DNA from: an uncultured Flavobacteriales bacterium
GTDB taxonomy: Bacteria; Bacteroidota; Bacteroidia; Flavobacteriales; UBA1820
Assembly (NCBI GenBank): GCA_938023515.1
Contig: CALJDR010000053.1
Location: forward strand, 28,331 to 92,330
Reading direction: 5' to 3'
Length of the DNA stretch: 64,000 nucleotides
Below are positions 41,933 to 49,754 of this stretch, one piece after another. Position numbers and translations under genes: made by a program. The notes beneath the pieces are model-generated. The model saw nothing but the letters and a program-made list of their open reading frames with translations. It was not told where the DNA came from and did no database searches. Every line of letters starts with the position of its first letter. Position 1 is the first letter of the stretch.

Positions 41933-43060
41933 TTACAGTTCCCCGTTGAATGCTTTTGCTAAGATAATGTTTTTTATGGTATTGCAGTAATCTATAGTGC
42001 GCTGATAGTTAATTTTCAGCTGTACATTTTTGTCTTCAATAGCCATGATCTTAATAACTATACTTTTCTGATTATCAATAGAAGGCACATGAATTGGAAT
42101 TCCTTTTAAAATTTTTACAGATGCGACATTTTGAATAGCAGCTCCTTTAGAATGTAACTGTAAAGCATTCTGGAATCTCTGACTCTGCATCCAATACATC
42201 AAATATTGATTATTGAGATTGTCTTTGGGCGTCAGCTTTAATAATGCTTGATTTATGATGCCTTTGGGAGCATCTTGAGGTATTATATACATTTTTCCTA
42301 GCGTTCCCGAGCAACTCATTATTATTTCTCCGGGCAGAACGGCAAATCGATTCATTTCTATATATTTGTCACTGTCAATAAAATATCTGAAATTTAATTT
42401 CCCATATATAGCATGTTGCTGTTCATAAACAGCATAACCAGACAACTTAAAACAATTCTTTTTGAGACTCCCCCCGAAGGGGCCTCTTATGAAATGACAA
42501 ACTTCACCCATCTTTTGGGGTGATATTTCTCCTTCAATTGCCTCAAATATATTGTTTGTGAGCCGATTACATAGAAGCGCAAGGTTTTCGATATTCCTTT
42601 CTGCATTGTGTTTGATCTTGTCGATTTTGACAAATGCGTCATCGAGAATGGCGACAATTCTTTTCTGTTCAACTAAAGTCGGATAAGAAACGGATAATGA
42701 ATAAACATCATCTCTATTTATTCCAGGTTTTACCCCTTTTGATAAACTTGTTAAATCTTTAGATAACAACAAATAATAAAGAAATTGAATGTCGATTTTC
42801 TGATCGTCAAAAACGGTATAATATGTTACATCTAATGGATAAAAAGGAGCATAGCTAATTTGAAGAGCTCCAGCCGTTCCTTTTCGACCTATTATGATTG
42901 ATGGCTTATTGTAGTGCGCTTTATGTGTTTTATCTATTGGACCATTTGCACCAAACACAAGGTATTTTCCATCTGCCGATCTCTCACCGGAAGCTAATGC
43001 TTTCCCATAGCGAAGTTCGCATAAGTCTTTTAGTTGAACCTTTTTCCACTCCTCTTTCAT
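41933..43060 (-). CDS. hsdS: type I restriction-modification system, specificity subunit
   Basis: 375 aa with two target-recognition halves separated by conserved helices (LVEQKRIVAILD..., IDNQKSIVIKIMAIED). The start overlaps the hsdM stop by 4 nt. Confidence 0.85.
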   Translation of the reverse strand: MKEEWKKVQLKDLCELRYGKALASGERSADGKYLVFGANGPIDKTHKAHYNKPSIIIGRKGTAGALQISYAPFYPLDVTYYTVFDDQKIDIQFLYYLLLSKDLTSLSKGVKPGINRDDVYSLSVSYPTLVEQKRIVAILDDAFVKIDKIKHNAERNIENLALLCNRLTNNIFEAIEGEISPQKMGEVCHFIRGPFGGSLKKNCFKLSGYAVYEQQHAIYGKLNFRYFIDSDKYIEMNRFAVLPGEIIMSCSGTLGKMYIIPQDAPKGIINQALLKLTPKDNLNNQYLMYWMQSQRFQNALQLHSKGAAIQNVASVKILKGIPIHVPSIDNQKSIVIKIMAIEDKNVQLKINYQRTIDYCNTIKNIILAKAFNGEL

Positions 43061-44508
43061 AACAGTGCCTTTATTTCTTTCAACAAAACATCGCTTTCGC
43101 GGTTGAGGGTATGCATCTCACTGATTATTTCTTCGGGGGTACGCAAATCTACGTCGTCGGTTCGATTCGGGTTCTTAACCGACAAATCCAAGATGTCGGG
43201 ATCAAGGTCCGACACTTTTATACTCCATGAATTGGGGCTGCTTTTCTGTTTGGGTTGCAATGAGACAAAATCCGCGAGGTCCAGCTCTGTCAGGGGGTTG
43301 GTCTTGCCCAGGTTCCGCTCGGGTGCAAACTGGTAGTACCACACTTTATCGGTTGCATGTCCTTTCTCAAAAAACAGAACGACCGTTTTAACCCCGGCTC
43401 CTGTGAAAACGCCGGAAGGAAGGTCGAGTACGGCATAAAGGTTACAATCTTCCAACAGTTTGCGGCGTAATGCAATGGAAGCATTATCCGTGTTGCTCAG
43501 AAACGTATTCTTTATAATGATTGCAGCCCGGCCTCCGGCTTCGAGGTATCGCATGAAATGCTGCAAAAACAGATAGGCCGTTTCACTGGTCTTAATGGGA
43601 AAGTTATGCTGGACTTCATCGCGTTCTTTTCCCCCGAAAGGCGGATTAGCAAGGATGATCTTGAACTTGTCTTTGTCCTGTACTTCGGCCAAATTCTCAG
43701 AGAGCGTATTCTTATGGATAATGTTGGGAGCTTCGACTCCATGAAGAATCAGGTTCATGATGGCTATGATATAAGCCAGCCCTTTTTTCTCTTTGCCGTA
43801 GAGGGTCCGTTTCTGGAGTTGTTCCATGTCGGCCGTGCTTTTCGCTTTATCGTACAGGTACATAAAGGCTTCGCACAGAAAACCGGCCGATCCGCAGGCA
43901 CCATCGTAAATCGTATCCCCTATTTCGGGCTTAATAACTTTTATCATGGTACGTATGAGGGGGCGGGGAGTATAATATTCACCTCCGTTACGACCGGCGT
44001 TACCCATACGCTTAATGCGGCTCTCATAAAGATGGGACATTTCATGTTTATCGGAAGATGTATGAAATCTCATTTCATCAATTAACCAGAGCATTTCCCG
44101 CAGGTTGTAGCCGCTGGTCAGTTTATTTCGGAGTTCTCCGAATATCTCACCGATTTTGTATTGAATCGTATCGGAAGACTCTGCTCTGTCGCGAAAACTT
44201 TTTAGATAGGGGAATAGCTCTCCATTCACGAAGTCAATCAAATCGTCCCCCGTAAGTGCATTATTATGATCCGGCTTTCCATCTTGCATGTGAGGGGCTG
44301 CCCACTCGGACCACTTGTATTTCCCTTCAATTATGGGAGAATATTTTTGTTTCTTTAATGTGGCCTCTTGTGCTTTATCTATTTCAAGATCGTCAAGGTA
44401 TTTCAAGAAAAGTACCCATGATGATTGCTCTACATAATCCAATTCTGTTCCGCAACCATCATCCTTACGCAAAATATTATCTATATTATTGAAAGCCTGT
44501 TCAAACAT
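43057..44508 (-). CDS. hsdM: type I restriction-modification system, N6-adenine DNA methyltransferase subunit
   Basis: HsdM_N region, SAM motif DGACGSAGFL and catalytic motif IV NPPFGG. Confidence 0.9.
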   Translation of the reverse strand: MFEQAFNNIDNILRKDDGCGTELDYVEQSSWVLFLKYLDDLEIDKAQEATLKKQKYSPIIEGKYKWSEWAAPHMQDGKPDHNNALTGDDLIDFVNGELFPYLKSFRDRAESSDTIQYKIGEIFGELRNKLTSGYNLREMLWLIDEMRFHTSSDKHEMSHLYESRIKRMGNAGRNGGEYYTPRPLIRTMIKVIKPEIGDTIYDGACGSAGFLCEAFMYLYDKAKSTADMEQLQKRTLYGKEKKGLAYIIAIMNLILHGVEAPNIIHKNTLSENLAEVQDKDKFKIILANPPFGGKERDEVQHNFPIKTSETAYLFLQHFMRYLEAGGRAAIIIKNTFLSNTDNASIALRRKLLEDCNLYAVLDLPSGVFTGAGVKTVVLFFEKGHATDKVWYYQFAPERNLGKTNPLTELDLADFVSLQPKQKSSPNSWSIKVSDLDPDILDLSVKNPNRTDDVDLRTPEEIISEMHTLNRESDVLLKEIKALL

Positions 44509-44710
44509 ATTTTATTGAAGTTAGTTTACAAAATTACAAAAATAAGTTTGGGAATCCTTGTGTTTTAGAATGAATAGATCATTTATTGAGGGTACACTTT
44601 CGTCCAATGTGAATTTTCCAAAATCACCCATTAATTTAACCGATTGAGTCATTTCCCGCCTATTTCTTATTATGAATCGGGCGTAATTTTCACGAGAACA
44701 ATATCAACCT

Positions 44711-45034
44711 ATGGAAGTCATAACTATAGAATCAAAGGCATTTAAGCAACTGATGGAGAAACTGGATGTGTTGTCGGGATATGTGTATTCAATGGAACGC
44801 CCGGAGGTTGAGAACGAAGATGAGGGTTGGGTGGACAGTCGCGAAGTCTGCGATTTTCTGAAGATCAGCGAACGAACGTTACAGCGGTTAAGGAAGAATG
44901 GAAAGATCACGTTTACTTGTCTGGGAGGAAAGTATTATTACCAAATTAGCCAAATCAAGAAACGGCTCAAAGATCGCGTGACAAAAAGCACAGACGAATG
45001 CTTACGAGAGTTGATAGCGCATCACAAGAAATAA
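44711..45034 (+). CDS. helix-turn-helix DNA-binding protein (excisionase/Xis-like)
   Basis: W.DSREVCDFLKISERTLQRLRKNGKI....GGKYYY is the MerR/Xis-type HTH common on Bacteroides mobile elements. Confidence 0.6.
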   Translation: MEVITIESKAFKQLMEKLDVLSGYVYSMERPEVENEDEGWVDSREVCDFLKISERTLQRLRKNGKITFTCLGGKYYYQISQIKKRLKDRVTKSTDECLRELIAHHKK

Positions 45035-45426
45035 TGCTTTATTTTTCAGTAAAAAGCGCCTAAGATGACCCCTTAAAAACGGAGGAAAATGAGCCCCTAA
45101 AGTTGAAGCTTGATAAGAGCTAAGAGTTGTTATCCGGCAATGGATGGGGTTTAAAGAGGTTTGATTTTCTCCGAGATCAACATTTTTTTGCAGGTTTTTC
45201 ATCTCGATTTTATGCGAGAGTCCTGGCAGGTCTATTTGATCCGTTCTTGCTGGATCACCAAATACGAGACACCTCGTAATCAGCGCCGTATACCTTCCTC
45301 TGTGGCCCATAAACAGCAAAAAGCATGACTTTGGAATACATTGGATAATATGATTCCAACTTATACCCATTTAGGTATAATATTGGTTTTTTCCACTCAA
45401 TTATACTCAAAAAGGTATAAATTGCG

Positions 45427-45477
45427 AATCTTGTGAACTGTTAGTTCGAATAATTAAAATGAACAGTTCACAAGATT
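45427..45477. repeat. perfect 16-bp inverted repeat with a 19-nt spacer
   Basis: AATCTTGTGAACTGTT ... AACAGTTCACAAGATT, verified by reverse complement. Confidence 0.9.
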
Positions 45478-45642
45478 GTACTGCCTATCGAATTAACAGC
45501 CGCCCTCTACGGTTTCAAATCCTGAATGAATTGTCCGATTCCAAGGATACGTCTGCTGTTCATTTTATTGAATATAAATGCTCGAAATCTTTTTGTTTCC
45601 TCTTTAGGTCGATCTTTTGAAGAATTTCTGCCGATGCTATTT

Positions 45643-46299
45643 TCAATTCTTCCAGGTTGTGAATGCCCGTTTTGCAGCCAAAAAATCATATTCCGGTTTT
45701 GCCTGTGACAGCAGAAACATAACGTCATAAAAATCACGGCCTTTCCCACGGGATAGCATAGCCGATATTTTCATTGAGCATACTACCCCGTCCGATGGCA
45801 CGGGAAAGGGGAAGAAAAAACCGCAACCCTTGATTTGGGCCAACTCAGGCTTGTAGGTGATTTGCTGGTCCTGACTTTCTACCTTTATCAGAAAGCGCTC
45901 GTCCCGATGTCCCGACAGCCCCAGATCGAACCACAACCCCGGGAAATGGATATTGCGCCGGAAGGCTTTTAACTTCGGATTCTCTTTGTCCCTCACCTCC
46001 GCGTTCATTCCATTTCGTATAAGGAATGTTAATACTCCATCGGTCATTTCGATAAATTCTTCCAGCGTCAGTCCTTTGCAATCGAAATCCAGATATTCGG
46101 ATAATAGATCTATGCCTTTGACCAAACGTAAATCCGTTTCCCTAATAAAAGTAATCTTTCGAATATAGGGCATACCCGACAGATAATCCAGAATCATTAG
46201 TTGCAGATATATCTTTGAGCATATGCTTTTGAGACGAGGCGTTATCCCTTAGATTAGCCGGGAAGTAGAGTAGTTCTTTATCGGGTCTAACTGTATCAT
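45643..46299 (-). pseudogene. AbiEii/AbiGii-type nucleotidyltransferase toxin, degraded
   Basis: Has the YLDFD and KGRDFYDVMFLL motifs of the family. The N-terminus needs two frameshifts: the ATG at 46299 overlaps the upstream stop as ATGA, then reads MIQLDP.. / ..ELLYFPANLRDNASSQKHMLKDI / YLQLMILDYLS. FIRETDL stands where I recall the conserved F.GGTAL. Confidence 0.5.
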
Positions 46300-46650
46300 C
46301 TGTATGTGTTTTCTAATAATTTCACTCTTTTATCGAGGACTTTATTGCCGAAGCGCTCCAATAGGCTCCCATGCGCTCGCAATCCAGGTTGTTTTGCATG
46401 AAATCCTCGTCGAGCCGCAATTCTTCCATTTCTTGCTCCGTATTGTAAAACGGGGATAGATACAGCAAGTCGAAAAGGATTTTTGCCGGGCGTATGATTG
46501 GTTTTTCCGCATCTGCCAGCCGGATAGTTATTTAATGCAGGGGGTGTATTCCAGCTATTGGTTGCCTTTTTTACATATAAGGGAGTGAAAAAACCGTAAA
46601 TAACTACAAAATAGGCGTTTATAGGCATTGTCAATCAAGTTGCGTTCTGA
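46296..46650 (-). pseudogene. AbiEi-like antitoxin remnant, frameshifted and truncated
   Basis: The best reading uses two frames: ...ITIRLADAEKPIIRPAKILFDLLYLSPFYNTEQEMEELRLDEDF... then ...LERFGNKVLDKRVKLLENTYR*. No N-terminal winged-helix part remains. Confidence 0.4.
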
Positions 46651-46810
46651 TGTAATTTGATGTTGTGAAATCCAGAAAACTGCGATATATTTGTCTCTGG
46701 AGATAGGTTGACATACGGTGACATTTCGGGGAATTATAAGCGCTCAAAAGTTACTAAAAGGATACCTGTGTAGATGTTTTGATTGCTAATAAGCTGAAAT
46801 GCAAGATAAA

Positions 46811-46841
46811 GAGGAGGCGGGTTTGAATCCCTCTCTCTCCG
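46811..46841 (+). other. orphan tRNA-Ser-like 3' fragment (T-arm plus acceptor 3' strand); probable fossil att site
   Basis: GGCGGGTTTGAATCCCTCTCTCTCCG matches the T-loop and TCTCTCC-G acceptor end typical of tRNA-Ser, with one T-stem mismatch. No 5' half of the tRNA lies upstream. Confidence 0.5.
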
Positions 46842-46870
46842 CGGAGCCAAAGGCTCTTTAATTTTATAAA

Positions 46871-46900
46871 CCCTGAAATCAACGGATTTTCAGGGTTTTT
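46871..46900 (+). terminator. rho-independent terminator following the tRNA-Ser fragment
   Basis: Stem ccctgaaa/tttcaggg (8 bp), 9-nt loop, then T5. Confidence 0.6.
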
Positions 46901-46905
46901 CATTT

Positions 46906-47088
46906 TTGGACGTGTCCATCGAAACGGCCAGCTCTATGTCCGGCCATACGAATATCCGGATGTCACAGCACTATGCGAAGATCGCCATTTCCAACGTGGG
47001 GCGCGATATGGAAAAGTTGAGGGAGCGGAACAAACCAAGTAAGCCTAAGAACGAAAAATCCCGCCATTCGGCGGGATTTTGGTTATGA
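46906..47088 (+). pseudogene. C-terminal approximately 55-aa fragment of a tyrosine recombinase
   Basis: DVSIETASSMSGHTNIRMSQHYAKI aligns with GVSIESISKMLGHTKISTTQIYARI of the integrase at 36048. Everything upstream of it is missing. Confidence 0.65.
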
Positions 47089-47115
47089 AATGAATATCAG
47101 TCAGATTCGCACCTT

Positions 47116-47400
47116 TTATTTATTGGCCCATTCCAGCACGTTCGGGCTTTCGACATCCACCCCGAATTCACGGGCTTTCGTCAGTATCCGGCGGGCCAAC
47201 TCCGGCTTGTCTTCATCGGCTGCGAAATGGAACCGCGATTCTGCCGCACGGACATGTTCGGCATCGGGCATAGGGAATTCGCGTTTTGCCGGAATTCCGA
47301 ACTCCGAATCGGCCAATTCGCTGCGTCCTTCGGCGGTGAGCCGGTCCGTACCGTCATAATGCGGATTGGGGTCGCGGTGGGGTGTCTTCTCTGTTTTCAT
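47116..47400 (-). CDS. small conserved hypothetical protein
   Basis: L.DSEFG.P..REFPMPD.EHVR.A.SRF......KPELARRI..KA.EFGV resembles a small phage/plasmid DUF family; the number is not certain, possibly DUF6582. GC is higher than in the neighbouring genes. Confidence 0.5.
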   Translation of the reverse strand: MKTEKTPHRDPNPHYDGTDRLTAEGRSELADSEFGIPAKREFPMPDAEHVRAAESRFHFAADEDKPELARRILTKAREFGVDVESPNVLEWANK

Positions 47401-47411
47401 ATCGCGGGATA

Positions 47412-47717
47412 TTATTTCTTCTTTGTCAGGTAGATAAAGTCCAAATCAAATGCATGGATTATCTTTTTCATCATCACCTCAGTCGGATTTCGGGTTCCTT
47501 TCTCAATACCAATAATTGTATTTACCCCCACCCCGGCCAACTTCGCCAATTCTGCCTGTGAGATTTTTCGTTTCTTTCTCAATTCCTTGAGTAATTCGCC
47601 AAAACTGGCGGCAGCCACATCATCTTTTTCTGTTATAATGACAGTGCCCCCTTCTTTGACCAGTTCGTCATTAAGAAGTTTAATTAAGGATGATGTCAAT
47701 TCGCTATATTCTCCCAT
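47412..47717 (-). CDS. XRE-family helix-turn-helix transcriptional regulator
   Basis: LKELRKKRKISQAELAKLAGVGVNTIIGIEKGTRNPT is a canonical HTH_3 motif. Confidence 0.75.
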   Translation of the reverse strand: MGEYSELTSSLIKLLNDELVKEGGTVIITEKDDVAAASFGELLKELRKKRKISQAELAKLAGVGVNTIIGIEKGTRNPTEVMMKKIIHAFDLDFIYLTKKK

Positions 47718-47884
47718 ATTTGGGTGTGTTTTCGTTTTTTCTAATACGCCCCGCTCCTTTTAGAAGTTACAAATAATCCACTATTCCAGAATAGCGTTTT
47801 AGGCGCATTTGACAAGCATTTAAGAAATATTGCTTTCTATTTCCCGATAGAAACACGAAATATTTTGTGTAAATCAAAAATATT

Positions 47885-47906
47885 AACAAACCATATATGG
47901 TTTGTT
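47885..47906. promoter_or_regulatory. 22-bp perfect palindrome (candidate operator)
   Basis: AACAAACCATATATGGTTTGTT, about 170 nt upstream of the XRE gene start. Confidence 0.5.
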
Positions 47907-48460
47907 TGCTATATTTGTCAGTAGATACGATTAATCAAACGCCAATGAAGTAAAAACACATAACTTTGTAACGCCACACAGCGCGTTACAAAACGAAAAG
48001 CAAGCAGTTGCTTCTTACCTCTGGTCATCAAATTTCGACACTTGACTTCCTCCGGAGTAAGAAAATGCGACTGCCTGCCCTTAACAACCAGTTTAGGGCG
48101 TGGGCAGCATTTTCTACCTGAGGAAAGGTCGTCGAAAACCTGATGACGGGTAGTTCAGATGTTGTTCCGCGCCTCTTCATTTCCGCCAGGCACGGATCCC
48201 ATCGGACAGAAAGCGACATCCCGTTTTTAGGTCTGGACCGCATGCCCGGCATTTTTTTTTGATGGTTACTTTTTTGTTTTATAGTCTGCCGGGCATGCTT
48301 TTTTGAACAAGGCAAAGGGCTATCCCTTAAAGTATTCTCTATTTCTTTTTTATCATTTTAAGAAGATTGACTGTAAACATTATTGGGTCGATAGAACTCT
48401 TTTATTAACGAAGCATTCATTACGAGAATTTGTATATTTACATACAATATATCTCATCAT

Positions 48461-49372
48461 ATGAATTCAAATGAATTGAAGAAAAAGGCAAAAGGCGTTA
48501 GACCAATAATCTTTGGTGAAATTGCAGGAATAGATGAAGGACATTGGTTTGATAGTAGGCAGGAAATGATGCCTTCAAGTTTTCATCGCAACTGGGGCCG
48601 AGGAATAGATGGGAATGCAGAAGAAGGAACAGCAGCAATCGTTCTCTCTGGAGGATATGAAGATGATCAAGATTTTGGTAATATTATCATATATACAGGA
48701 GAAGGCGGGAATGATCCAAATACTAAAAAGCAAATAAAAGATCAATCGTGGGAAAGTCAAGGCAATGCAGGGCTTCGTAAAAGTATGGATGAGGGATTAC
48801 CCATTAGAGTGATTAGGGGATATATGCACAAATCTGAACTTTCACCTAAAGAGGGATATGTTTACGCTGGATTATATAGCGTTGTCGAAGCCTGGCAAGA
48901 AATAGGAAAAAGTGGTTATAAGATTTGTAGATTTAGGCTTGAATATAGTGGAGTAAACGAAGGAAGAGAAATTCCAAAAAATATAAAACTTGACTACAAG
49001 AAGAAAGAGAAAAAAAGAAAAGAGGGAACTATTGTCCGAATAGTCCGAGATACTAAAATGGCACACGATATCAAGGAATTATATAATTATGAATGCCAGG
49101 TGTGTGGTTCCACAATAAAAACGAAATCAGGCAGATATGCTGAAGGAGCCCATATTAAGCCTCTTGGAATTCCCCATAATGGGGATGATAGTCCAGACAA
49201 CCTATTATGCCTCTGTCCCAACCATCATGTTATGTTTGATCGAGGATGTTTTTCAATAAAGGATGATTATAAATTGATTGGAGAAGCTGAAGGCACCTTG
49301 AAACGCCACGACGATCATAAAATTCAATTATCGAACTTGAAATATCATAGATCAATTCATGGATACAATTAA
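48461..49372 (+). CDS. SRA(YDG)-HNH modification-dependent (type IV) restriction endonuclease
   Basis: N-terminal SAD/SRA domain (FGEIAGI..G.WF.SR.E.....H......GIDG....GTAAIVLSGGYEDDQD.G..IIYTGEGG...GN.GL......G.PIRVIRG......P..GYVYAGLY.V...W). C-terminal HNH domain (CQVCGS...AHIKP....G.DSPDNLLCLCPNHHVMFD). Confidence 0.8.
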   Translation: MNSNELKKKAKGVRPIIFGEIAGIDEGHWFDSRQEMMPSSFHRNWGRGIDGNAEEGTAAIVLSGGYEDDQDFGNIIIYTGEGGNDPNTKKQIKDQSWESQGNAGLRKSMDEGLPIRVIRGYMHKSELSPKEGYVYAGLYSVVEAWQEIGKSGYKICRFRLEYSGVNEGREIPKNIKLDYKKKEKKRKEGTIVRIVRDTKMAHDIKELYNYECQVCGSTIKTKSGRYAEGAHIKPLGIPHNGDDSPDNLLCLCPNHHVMFDRGCFSIKDDYKLIGEAEGTLKRHDDHKIQLSNLKYHRSIHGYN

Positions 49373-49754
49373 AGTTGTTTGTGGTATCATATATAAGGGA
49401 GATAAAATTTTTATTTGCCGAAGAAAGCCAGAAAAGTCTATGGGGGGATATTGGGAGTTCCCAGGTGGAAAAATTGAGGCAGGGGAATCCTTTGAAGAAT
49501 CATTAATCAGAGAATTGGACGAAGAGCTTGGAATGAAAGTTGTGCCTCTAAATCATTTTACCACGGTCATCCATACTTATGATACATTTATAATTGAACT
49601 AATTGCATTGAAATGCCGTTTAGTAGAAAAGCCAACAAAATTGGCCGATCACGATGCGGCTGATTGGGTTGGCGCCAAAGATTTAAAAAACATACAGTTT
49701 GCTCCAGCTGATATTCTCATTGTTCAGGAGTTATTATCACAAGAAACTAAATAA
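49359..49754 (+). CDS. Nudix (MutT/NudG-like) nucleoside-triphosphate pyrophosphohydrolase
   Basis: Complete Nudix box GGKIEAGESFEESLIRELDEELGM. 131 aa. The start overlaps the SRA-HNH stop by 14 nt. Confidence 0.8.
   Translation: MDTIKVVCGIIYKGDKIFICRRKPEKSMGGYWEFPGGKIEAGESFEESLIRELDEELGMKVVPLNHFTTVIHTYDTFIIELIALKCRLVEKPTKLADHDAADWVGAKDLKNIQFAPADILIVQELLSQETK

Noticed and set aside
41933-43060. Possible phase-variable hsdS shufflon, given the recombinases near the type I R-M system.
   Set aside because: Only one hsdS gene is present. I found no silent or half hsdS copy and no inverted repeats within or flanking it.
35795-46905. Similarity between the terminator after tRNA-Gly (aaaccctttgaaa..tttcagagggtttttt) and the one after the tRNA-Ser fragment (aaaccctgaaa..tttcagggttttt), considered as possible att direct repeats.
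   Set aside because: Identity is limited to short stem segments (about 9-11 nt) of generic terminator hairpins. There is no extended exact repeat, so this is insufficient to call attL/attR.
48028-48315. A 95-aa minus-strand ORF in the non-coding patch upstream of the SRA-HNH gene.
   Set aside because: The sequence is basic and low-complexity, spans the terminator-like inverted repeat, and has no motif support. The region is treated as non-coding or a remnant.
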